Below, piece by piece: positions 29,904 through 38,597 of a stretch of 64,000 bases of DNA. The notes under the pieces are model-generated. The model was not told where the DNA came from. It saw nothing but the letters and a program-made list of their open reading frames with translations, and did no database searches. Numbering within the stretch: the stretch's first letter is position 1; every line of letters begins with the position of its first letter. The stretch spans positions 17,255 through 81,254 of IMG/VR virus record IMGVR_UViG_3300021490_000002; one strand, written 5' to 3'. Source of the stretch: a virus. Position numbers and translations under genes: made by a program.

Positions 29904-30728
29904 ATGCTGAAAAAGATAGAATACGATACTGTTGGTTGGAATATGTTAATTCATTTAAATATGATGAATTATGTGTATAAGTACGGGTCAAATTTTTTTG
30001 CGACTGATAAGGTTATGGGAAATGTTGATGAAAAACGTGTGGTAACTATAAATTCAGCAGGATTTCTAGCTTTATGTGAGCCTGACCAATATCCTGTTGG
30101 TGTGTGTACCTTATTGGAAGATGGATTAGCTTATGTTCAAATATTGGGAGAAGCTACGGTTGCTACTTCGACTGGAATAGATACAACTTTAATAGGAAAA
30201 TACGCCTATGTAGATGACACAGGATATGTAAATGTATCTCAGTCTATGTCAGACCTATACCCACCATATCGTATTATAGGAGTATGTACAGAAGTTATTA
30301 ACGCAAGTACAATTAAGGTAGTATTAGAGGGACGAGCAAACCACCCCGCTTTGTTCCCAGAATATGTAACTCCAGCTACTTTATTTTACGAAGGGTCGTC
30401 TGACTCTCCTTTATATGTAGTAAAACTTACTGGTGAAGTTGACTTAGCGACGGGAAACGTAAACGTCGGAGACTATTTATATGAAGGAACTGAAGGAGTA
30501 AGCTCTACGGAAATCGTAGGTAATCGTCTATCTATTGAATTTATACCTACATTTAGTTTTACTCCAGTATATTTGGCGTCACATTATCATTCAACACCAT
30601 CAAGCATTAGTGTAAATTGCTCATCAACTGTTGCTGACATTTTCTTGTTTGATTTGAACGGTAATCCTTTAGACTGGTTAAGTGGAAGTGAAAATCCTAA
30701 AATATTTTTTCTAGCACACGGGGAGTAA
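29904..30728 (+). CDS. Virion protein with cement/decoration-like (DUF2190-like) domain
   Basis: PVGVC...AYVQILG...GKYAYV...IIGVC pattern. Confidence 0.5.
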   Translation: MLKKIEYDTVGWNMLIHLNMMNYVYKYGSNFFATDKVMGNVDEKRVVTINSAGFLALCEPDQYPVGVCTLLEDGLAYVQILGEATVATSTGIDTTLIGKYAYVDDTGYVNVSQSMSDLYPPYRIIGVCTEVINASTIKVVLEGRANHPALFPEYVTPATLFYEGSSDSPLYVVKLTGEVDLATGNVNVGDYLYEGTEGVSSTEIVGNRLSIEFIPTFSFTPVYLASHYHSTPSSISVNCSSTVADIFLFDLNGNPLDWLSGSENPKIFFLAHGE

Positions 30729-30732
30729 TGCA

Positions 30733-31626
30733 ATGTCCGCATATTTAATGTTTCACCCATCAACTTTACATTGGATAGATTCGGGAAATAAATTTTTCAT
30801 AAACTTATTGAATGACAACTTTTTACTAATGTCAAAATATTTAACCCCCTACTGCATCTTTATTCCTAGTGTGGGGTCGGCACCTATAAAAATGCACGAG
30901 ATAGCATATGCGGTTTTCTTTGAAAATATGACAAGACTGGCCTGTAGTAATGTGGATAATGGTTGTGGGATAGCAGGTGTTGTTGTAGGAAGAGATGAAG
31001 AGAGGAGACACCTATTGTTAAAGATGGGGGGAGTAGCCTATGTAAGATACGTTGGAGAGGTCTCTCCAGGAGACTTGCTCGGCGTGGCTGGAACCAAAGC
31101 TATAAAAATCACAAGCCCTGTAGATAAACGCTATGTAGTCGGAACCTGTATTAAGGTTTTATCAAACTACAATTTGGCACTAGTAAGATTAAGAAATTTT
31201 GCTACACATACAGACTTAGTTAATGTGGATAGCTTCCTACTTCCACCCCAGCTATTCGCTGGAGCAAGCTCTGGAAGTAGAACTGCAGTCTTCTTTGTGT
31301 ATGCAAAATATACGGCTGCAGATAATTCCGTTCACATAATTTCCACAACAGAAAAACAATTTACTGCTGACGGAAATGTAAGTGGTTTCACCAAACATCC
31401 TCTCCATCCAGATATTCTTCTTTCTGATATAAACGGCGATGAAATTGTATTATACTTAAAAACTTCCTTACATAAATCCTTCACAACCTTGCGTATGGAA
31501 TCTACTCCACCCAGGTACAACATTAAGCAAATAGACGACACCGTGATTCTTACACCAAAACCTGGAGCTAGTATAGCAGATTTAGATGATAAACCATTTA
31601 CTATAACTATATGGGGGGTCTGCTGA
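30733..31626 (+). CDS. Virion protein with cement/decoration-like domain (paralogue of previous)
   Basis: IAGVVV...GGVAYV...VSPGDLL...VVGTC pattern. Confidence 0.5.
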   Translation: MSAYLMFHPSTLHWIDSGNKFFINLLNDNFLLMSKYLTPYCIFIPSVGSAPIKMHEIAYAVFFENMTRLACSNVDNGCGIAGVVVGRDEERRHLLLKMGGVAYVRYVGEVSPGDLLGVAGTKAIKITSPVDKRYVVGTCIKVLSNYNLALVRLRNFATHTDLVNVDSFLLPPQLFAGASSGSRTAVFFVYAKYTAADNSVHIISTTEKQFTADGNVSGFTKHPLHPDILLSDINGDEIVLYLKTSLHKSFTTLRMESTPPRYNIKQIDDTVILTPKPGASIADLDDKPFTITIWGVC

Positions 31627-32453
31627 TGACTTTATCTATGGAAAAGGAAAATGGCTTATGGCTTCCAACAGTTGATATATCTCTAACATATAATGTTGGC
31701 GAAAACATTGACTTAATTGCTTTCTTTCCAGAAGTGGATGATAATTTTGGCCATTTAAATACCATGAGCGGATTTGCAACCACAACATTGGGATTCATTC
31801 CAGATTATAGTATTCATAAAGGAATTAGATTAACGTCATATGGGAACGAATTACACGATTCTAACAGTGACTTTCCTTGCTTTTATATAGGTTGTACCTG
31901 GAATTTCGACTTTACAGAAAGTAAACTTGTTCCTCCAGTAGTTCCTTTCGTTGGAAGGCTTGACATTCCTCTAAACCAGACATTTGATGATGGGAGGCTT
32001 GTCTATTATGTTGATGGTAACTTCACGGAGGAATCTGACGGAACTGAAGTAGCGGGATTGGTTTCCAAGGACCAACCTTTTGTATTCCCACTATCTTGTT
32101 TTATCTCTCTATTTGGGACCGCAGCTACCTCAAAACAGTTGTTTAGAGATAATGAACCTAGGCAGGTTATTTTCCTGCATTACGATAGTGAAAGCGGAAC
32201 TGGAGGAGGTGTAGCTAACATAAGATATGACGCTATAGAAAATCGTCATGTGCTGGATATAAGTACTGACAAGGCCTTGTTTAAACCTCCAATAGTTTTT
32301 GCTCAAGTTACTGGTGGGGATTTAGGAACTGTTATGGTCCAAGAAACAACAGTAGATTCTATCTATTTGAAAATTTATAAAACAGATGGTACTATAGATA
32401 CCAACGATAATCCTCAAACCTTTACCTTATTCGGAGTAGGAAGCTATGTATAA
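31611..32453 (+). CDS. Virion protein, probably a distant paralogue of the two preceding genes
   Basis: Similar size; similar C-terminus (FTLFGV vs FTITIWGV vs IFFLAHG). Confidence 0.4.
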   Translation: MGGLLMTLSMEKENGLWLPTVDISLTYNVGENIDLIAFFPEVDDNFGHLNTMSGFATTTLGFIPDYSIHKGIRLTSYGNELHDSNSDFPCFYIGCTWNFDFTESKLVPPVVPFVGRLDIPLNQTFDDGRLVYYVDGNFTEESDGTEVAGLVSKDQPFVFPLSCFISLFGTAATSKQLFRDNEPRQVIFLHYDSESGTGGGVANIRYDAIENRHVLDISTDKALFKPPIVFAQVTGGDLGTVMVQETTVDSIYLKIYKTDGTIDTNDNPQTFTLFGVGSYV

Positions 32454-33183
32454 TATTTTAGCCTCAGAACAAAGTGAATACCAACATATAATGGTAATTG
32501 AATTTTCTGGAGAAAAAAGATTATATTTAGATAACATTTTTCAGACATCCTTGCCCAACGACGACTACTACGAAATCTTACTGGATGGCGCCGAGCCTTC
32601 TGATGATATTTTAATTCTTGGAGGAGGTGACCTTACTTCTGTCCCAGTACTTCGTAGAAAAGGAATACAGAATTATAAGATTGTTGAAATTGACGAAATG
32701 GTGATAAATGTGTGTAAAATTTTTTGTCCAGTAAGAGAGGAGCGGTATAAAGATAAAATTGTAATTGGGGATGCATTTGAATACATACAAAGGGATGAAT
32801 CGTATGATGTGATTGCTATTGATTTATTGGGTTTTGCAGATTTAAATAAGTTATCTGATTTGTTGACATTAGAAGAATTTTTACGGAAAATTATTGACAG
32901 AACAAAAAAGTATTTTTCGGGTTTTATCGGATGTGGTATAAATGGATTAACTGCAGGAATTATACTGCGTGATTGGATAAGTAAGATAAACAAAGTGAAG
33001 AAGTTTTTTCTTATGTGTGATGAAGCTGGACAGATATTTTTTACTGCACACATAAACCCGAATATAAAGATGAGTCCAGCTACATTAGCAAAAACAATCT
33101 TTTACCCAACTTGGATTAATATTCCAAAGGTGCTGACAAATAAAAGTTTAACCGATAAAATGGCCTACTGCTCGGCTATTTAA
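32446..33183 (+). CDS. speE: Spermidine synthase / polyamine aminopropyltransferase homologue
   Basis: SEYQHI, LYLDNIFQ, ILILGGGD, VEIDEMVI, GDAFEYI, YDVIAID. Confidence 0.8.
   Translation: MYNILASEQSEYQHIMVIEFSGEKRLYLDNIFQTSLPNDDYYEILLDGAEPSDDILILGGGDLTSVPVLRRKGIQNYKIVEIDEMVINVCKIFCPVREERYKDKIVIGDAFEYIQRDESYDVIAIDLLGFADLNKLSDLLTLEEFLRKIIDRTKKYFSGFIGCGINGLTAGIILRDWISKINKVKKFFLMCDEAGQIFFTAHINPNIKMSPATLAKTIFYPTWINIPKVLTNKSLTDKMAYCSAI
33133..33161 (+). promoter_or_regulatory. Possible sigma70-type promoter for terminase genes
   Basis: CTGACA-17 nt-TAAAAT within the 3' end of speE. Confidence 0.4.
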
Positions 33184-33194
33184 TATAGAAGGGG

Positions 33195-33608
33195 TTGGAG
33201 ATGAGTGATAGTTACAACTTAGTTGACCCAACAGTTCCAGATATATCTGCTGAGGATGTATCTTCCGAAAAGCCAGACGGTGTTTTAGATTTTTGCGTCC
33301 GTAACATTTCTTATGTAATCGGCAAGAATAGACAACTCATAGAAGAAGCTGAAGTTGGTTTTGATTCTTACATAGGTAAAAAACCTCATGTCGCTGCTCA
33401 ATTTCAAAACAATATGTTAAAGGCCCTTCAACTAGAAGCTGATTTAGTAAAGCTACTTCTAACTATCCGAGAATATACAAGAAAAGAAACCAAAGAATCT
33501 GGAGAGGATAGTAAGTATGTAGATAATAGAAAAATTGTAATAAATTTAGATAGTAATTCCAGGAGGATGTTGGCTGATGTTATCAGCGGAAAATTCTCTC
33601 ATAAGTAA
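33195..33608 (+). CDS. Probable terminase small subunit
   Basis: Helical 137-aa protein overlapping the start of terL. Confidence 0.5.
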   Translation: MEMSDSYNLVDPTVPDISAEDVSSEKPDGVLDFCVRNISYVIGKNRQLIEEAEVGFDSYIGKKPHVAAQFQNNMLKALQLEADLVKLLLTIREYTRKETKESGEDSKYVDNRKIVINLDSNSRRMLADVISGKFSHK

Positions 33609-35190
33609 AGATGGGAAAATACAGGAAGAAATTCCTCGTGAAATTCTAGCCGAAGTGTGTGCTTTCCATTACGATGCGTTTATGTATTCTGTTCTTCCAG
33701 ACTTATTTTATACAAAGTCTTTTAGCCCATTCCATCGCTATCTACTAAAACTAATAGAAGATAATCAAAAAACGAGAAGGAGACGTGTTGTTGCAGGTCC
33801 CAGGGGATGGGGTAAATCCACTACTATTTCCGAAGGTGGTCCACTGTGGATTGTATGCAGAAATGATTATTTACCACCAAAGAAGCGTTATAAATATATT
33901 TTGCTAGTTTCTGACACGCAACCCCAAGCAGAAAAGAGATTGACAACCATAAAGGAATATTTGGAGTCCGATATAATTGCCTATTTATTTCCACACGCCC
34001 ACGGTCCTGGAAAAAAATGGAAAAGCTCAGAAATAATAACTAAAAACGATATCTTGATTGGAACTGCTGGTTTGAAATCTTCCATACGTGGAACTAAATA
34101 TAAAAATAGGAGGCCAGACCTTATTATAGTAGATGACCCTGACAACTTAGAATCTGTTACCTCTCCATCACTATCAGCAACTGTTGAAGAAGTGTTTACA
34201 AGAGACCTTGTAAAAGCAGGAAGTGAAGATGCAGACATTTTAGTAGTCGGAACTGTCCTTGCTAAAACTGCCTTAGTATATAAATTACTTTATAGTGAGG
34301 ACTACGCTGCCTGGGAAGGAAAGATTTTCAAAGCCCTTGTTTCTTTCCCAGAACGAATGGACTTATGGGATGAATTTGGAGAGATATTAAAAGACAGGGA
34401 GAATAAGTTTAGGAAAAAAGATGCTCTAAAATTTTATTTCGCACATAAGGAGGAGATGCTCAAAGGAGCTAAGTCATTATGGGAGGAAGTCTATCCAGTC
34501 AGAAAGCTAATGGAAGAATACTACTTAGAAGGCAGAAGAGCCTTTATGCTTGAAAAACAGAATGAGATAATTGAAGATGAGGAAGGAGTATTTAGACCAG
34601 AAAAATACAAGTATTACGAAGACGAAGAATTGGAAAAAATATATGCTTACCATCCTCTCATATATGTTTATGTTGACCCAACTGGAGGGAAACAGAAAAG
34701 CAGAGGAATTGGAAGAAGGAAAGGCGATTCCGACTTGTTTAGTTTATGTGCTTTAGCGAAACTGGATAATAATTTGATTTATTTTATTGACAATAAGGTA
34801 GGTCAATTAAGACAAAGCGAGCAGTATTTTCTAATATACAAGTTTATAAAAGAGTATGAGGAAAAAGGGTTAAGAATTTTTAAGTTGCTTGTAGAAGATA
34901 GAGGGGATAATTATTATGTCAACGGCCTAAAGGAATTTCTAACGAGACGTGGTTTACGCAGGCCTGTCCCACAAGTTGTTACCCATAGAGTGAATAAGGT
35001 TGAGAGGATATCAATGTTAGAGCCATACCTTGACAATTGGACTCTTATTCTTCCAGCTAACAGAAGGCGTTTTAAAGAATTTTACACTGAATTGGAAACA
35101 TATCCCTATTGTGATTTTGATGATGTTCTGGATAGTTTGTCTGGATGCTTCTTTGCAGCATATAAAACCTTTAGACTGAGGTATGCCTGA
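33577..35190 (+). CDS. terL: Terminase large subunit
   Basis: Walker A GPRGWGKST, Walker B LIIVDD, coupling VGT, nuclease YVDP and DDVLDS. Confidence 0.93.
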   Translation: MLSAENSLISKDGKIQEEIPREILAEVCAFHYDAFMYSVLPDLFYTKSFSPFHRYLLKLIEDNQKTRRRRVVAGPRGWGKSTTISEGGPLWIVCRNDYLPPKKRYKYILLVSDTQPQAEKRLTTIKEYLESDIIAYLFPHAHGPGKKWKSSEIITKNDILIGTAGLKSSIRGTKYKNRRPDLIIVDDPDNLESVTSPSLSATVEEVFTRDLVKAGSEDADILVVGTVLAKTALVYKLLYSEDYAAWEGKIFKALVSFPERMDLWDEFGEILKDRENKFRKKDALKFYFAHKEEMLKGAKSLWEEVYPVRKLMEEYYLEGRRAFMLEKQNEIIEDEEGVFRPEKYKYYEDEELEKIYAYHPLIYVYVDPTGGKQKSRGIGRRKGDSDLFSLCALAKLDNNLIYFIDNKVGQLRQSEQYFLIYKFIKEYEEKGLRIFKLLVEDRGDNYYVNGLKEFLTRRGLRRPVPQVVTHRVNKVERISMLEPYLDNWTLILPANRRRFKEFYTELETYPYCDFDDVLDSLSGCFFAAYKTFRLRYA

Positions 35191-37916
35191 TGACTGACCC
35201 TTCTTATATTTATAGACCAAATTTTCCTTTAGTAGGGGCTAGACGGAATATTAAAGGCGAATACGAGCCTCAATTTAAAAGGGAAACTAAAACCATTTTT
35301 GGAGGCATCGTAAAGTTAAGGGAAGTCCCTCAGTTCTCTGGGATAGGAACCTCCATCTTTATAGATGGATTTACTGAAGTAACTACAGACCCAGGCCCCT
35401 TGCAGTTTAGAACAAACTACATAACAGGAAGGCTTTACTTTAATGCAGCCGATAATGGTAAAACAGTAACTATAGAATACTATGGGCTGGGCTCTCTAGT
35501 TGCGATAGATGAAATTAACTATATATGGTATCTCATAACAAAGAAATTCAGGTTCTTGTCACTATTTGATACCCCAGAATCGTATAACGAGGCCAGCTAC
35601 AAATATTTGCGAGTCAATAAAACAGGAACAGGCCTAATTTTCTCTGTCCCAGAATTAGGCGAAAGTATGTCAAGACTGGGAGTTTTTTATATCCCTGCTA
35701 ATGAAATTATTTCAGTTTCATCCGACTCTCTAAGTAAAGTTGATATTGTTAAAATTTATGAGGTAACTAACGGAGAAAGTACGTCTGGAGGCATAGAAAA
35801 CTCTAGCAGTTATGTGGAAGAGGTAGATGAGGCCACGGTTACTACTGTCGATAATTATTGGACATTATCTCTTCCAGTGATAGAAGCTGGAAAAGGATAC
35901 TACATTGAATGTAATGATGAGATAGATACATCGGATTGGAATTATATTGACAAAATATATTTTGATGAAAGTGTTTCGGCAGACGAGAAAATAAGGTATT
36001 TAATTAAGGCCGATGACGAATATTATGGCTGGAGTGGCTCTTACTTTTTTAAGCTAAATTCGTTTACGGGAGATTCTATCTTAGTAAATGGAATTTCAAA
36101 TGATGCCATACAGGCTCTAGGACCACAACATTTTGAAATTTTTGTAGGGAAAAGATTATCGTTTGTGGCATCTTTATCAACCCTTAGCGAAGACCACGCT
36201 CCTACTTTTAGAAATAAAATGACCGTAGAAGGATGGAAGGGAAAGACTTATCAAGAAACAAACGTGGTGAATGCTACATACTTTCCATCTGAAAATACAT
36301 GGAACTTGGAAAATACGTCAGATGAAGCTATTAATGTGGTTGCTATCTTTGGTTCTGGAAGGGACGACTCTTGTTGTAGTGTGTCTGCATTTACCTTTGA
36401 AGACCTTGCCCCAGATACTCCTGTGGAGATAAAAGCTAACATACAAACAACCTGTCAAGTAATGCAGTCTGTAACAGGCGAGACAGTTAGAGAAGGTATA
36501 TTATTACCAACTACTCCTGGTAGCTGGGAAGTAGTTGATAATCCTTATGCACTTCTGTTCGTAGAATATAGCGATACGTTTGCTTTAGAATTTGAAGAGT
36601 GTAAAAACATAGAAAACACGGGATATAACTTTAAAAGCATATTCAAGTTTAAAGATGGAAAAGTTGTTGATAGCTTAGGTAATTTTGTAAACTATGACAT
36701 AATAGGTGAAGTAGCTCCTGTTCCGACCCCGTTTGGAGTTGGCATCACTCTAAGACACCTACAAAGTCACGGCGTGAGGATATCAGACGACGGTAATGAT
36801 AATTGTGGTATTTGCTTCTTTATTAGAAGTTCTAACAATTACGTAACTTATTATATATTATCTACGAACAACCTTGTCTTAATGAGCGACATATATTCAA
36901 AGCTTGCTGTTACTGATAATACTTCTACCCGCACAGTTATTATGAATTATACAGACTCCAGAATCACAACACTTGGAAACTTTAGCTTTGCGGGGATTGG
37001 TCCTGGAGCTAGGGGATGGGCATACAATCCATCAAGTGATTCAATTATCGTAAAAACTAGAAATTCTACGGGAAATTGTATTTATATCGGTAGAGCACCT
37101 AACCAGCCAAGTCGCTGGGGGTCTGGGAATACAAATGCGACAGACCCTACAAAAGTACTTGATGTAGCTCTAGCGTGGGTTGGAGATGATGTAAATAACT
37201 TAGAGGTCATAAGATACGTGATTGACCAGTACCAATCCTTAATGTCTTACTATTCCAGTGCGTTCGGACAATACACAAAAACTAGACTACATCCCCCATT
37301 CAATTCGTCCGACATAACTGTTGACAATGTTTCTCCCAGAAACTTCTCTACTGATGAATTACTGAACTTTAATCCAAATAGGTATCTCGTGGAGCTAGAC
37401 GGTATCTTGTATAGATGGGATACCACAAATTTAGTCTTTGAAGAGGTCTCCTCTACAAGTAGTGCAGAAAATTTATATAACGCAGGAAATACTCTGGAGG
37501 AGATAGGAAACATTCCAGAGGATGCTTGGCATGACAAGAATCCTAGCACATTGGCGATATGGATAATAGCTTACACTGATTGGAATAGAGCTCCTGTAGT
37601 TCCTACTAAAGTAGATATTAACAAAACTGAGGTAACTGCTGATGGTTGGCGTGTGTTAAAGGCAGGTGAAGAATGTACGGTAGAGTGGTATCCAGGCAGA
37701 AGGATTTGGAGGGTAAAGCATCACCTACCAGAAAATTACACAATTAAGGTTATTGTAGCAGGACTTACAACCACAAATGTAAGGGCTCAGTACTTTACAG
37801 AATTGCTTGATACACCAGATTCTTTGGATTATCATACTCCCCAAGTATTAGCAGCAAAGAACGGCAGAGTTACAACAATCCCTTACATTAATCCGTGGAT
37901 ATTTCTTAGACCTTAA
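35190..37916 (+). CDS. Large multi-domain virion protein (fibre/appendage, possible LamG-like region)
   Basis: FLSLFDTPESY...KYLRVN fibre motif; N-terminal domain paralogous to 42428-43075. Confidence 0.6.
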   Translation: MTDPSYIYRPNFPLVGARRNIKGEYEPQFKRETKTIFGGIVKLREVPQFSGIGTSIFIDGFTEVTTDPGPLQFRTNYITGRLYFNAADNGKTVTIEYYGLGSLVAIDEINYIWYLITKKFRFLSLFDTPESYNEASYKYLRVNKTGTGLIFSVPELGESMSRLGVFYIPANEIISVSSDSLSKVDIVKIYEVTNGESTSGGIENSSSYVEEVDEATVTTVDNYWTLSLPVIEAGKGYYIECNDEIDTSDWNYIDKIYFDESVSADEKIRYLIKADDEYYGWSGSYFFKLNSFTGDSILVNGISNDAIQALGPQHFEIFVGKRLSFVASLSTLSEDHAPTFRNKMTVEGWKGKTYQETNVVNATYFPSENTWNLENTSDEAINVVAIFGSGRDDSCCSVSAFTFEDLAPDTPVEIKANIQTTCQVMQSVTGETVREGILLPTTPGSWEVVDNPYALLFVEYSDTFALEFEECKNIENTGYNFKSIFKFKDGKVVDSLGNFVNYDIIGEVAPVPTPFGVGITLRHLQSHGVRISDDGNDNCGICFFIRSSNNYVTYYILSTNNLVLMSDIYSKLAVTDNTSTRTVIMNYTDSRITTLGNFSFAGIGPGARGWAYNPSSDSIIVKTRNSTGNCIYIGRAPNQPSRWGSGNTNATDPTKVLDVALAWVGDDVNNLEVIRYVIDQYQSLMSYYSSAFGQYTKTRLHPPFNSSDITVDNVSPRNFSTDELLNFNPNRYLVELDGILYRWDTTNLVFEEVSSTSSAENLYNAGNTLEEIGNIPEDAWHDKNPSTLAIWIIAYTDWNRAPVVPTKVDINKTEVTADGWRVLKAGEECTVEWYPGRRIWRVKHHLPENYTIKVIVAGLTTTNVRAQYFTELLDTPDSLDYHTPQVLAAKNGRVTTIPYINPWIFLRP

Positions 37917-37928
37917 AGGAGAGAAAGC

Positions 37929-38234
37929 ATGATTCATAGGGAAAAACCAGGGGCAGATACCGAAGTCGTACTTTACACTTCCATCTCCAGAACGTATAAT
38001 ATTTTGTATATAGCTAATAACTCAGAAGAGGAAGACTTCGCTACTGTCGCTCTTCTTAAGTCTGGAGAGACAGGTGTCCAGGATAAAGAAATCTACCCAT
38101 CTCTAAGAATACCTCCACACGACACATTTATTACATCACCAATTCCCCTAGACCAGACAGAATCAATCGCAGTCAAATCAGCAGGCGGAAACCTGGTATT
38201 TACATTGTTAGTATCAAGTGTTTACGAAGGGTAA
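37929..38234 (+). CDS. Small virion-associated protein
   Basis: RBS AGGAG; beta-rich 101 aa. Confidence 0.55.
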   Translation: MIHREKPGADTEVVLYTSISRTYNILYIANNSEEEDFATVALLKSGETGVQDKEIYPSLRIPPHDTFITSPIPLDQTESIAVKSAGGNLVFTLLVSSVYEG

Positions 38235-38264
38235 CATTAAACGTTTAAAGGGGGTCTTGACAAA

Positions 38265-38591
38265 ATGGCTAGAAGAAAAGTTAGAAAAAAGACAACGAGG
38301 GTAAAAAACAGAAGTAAATTCCCAAAGTCTCTAAAGAAGATGTTTCAAAAGGGTGGGAAACTACTAACACAAAAGAGACGTAGGGAACTCCCAGCCAGGT
38401 ATTTTTTACTTCCAAAGCAACGGAAGTATCCGTACGTGAATCCAAATACTGGGAAGCCTTCTGTTTATCTTTTAACTGCAGCTTATAGAAGGGCCAAACA
38501 ATATCATAGAAATGATATAGCTGCCAAAGCTGCAAGATTGTTGAAAAGATATTTTGGAATAACTCCTGGAGAAAGAAGGAGAAGAAGGTAG
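38265..38591 (+). CDS. Highly basic protein, probable DNA-binding/condensing
   Basis: R/K-rich ends (MARRKVRKK...RRRRR); ELPARYFLLPKQRKYPY core. Confidence 0.6.
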   Translation: MARRKVRKKTTRVKNRSKFPKSLKKMFQKGGKLLTQKRRRELPARYFLLPKQRKYPYVNPNTGKPSVYLLTAAYRRAKQYHRNDIAAKAARLLKRYFGITPGERRRRR

Positions 38592-38597
38592 TAAGAT

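Noticed and set aside
38257-38290. TTGACA upstream of the basic protein gene as a promoter
   Set aside because: No acceptable -10 at 16-18 nt, and it overlaps the RBS-start region.
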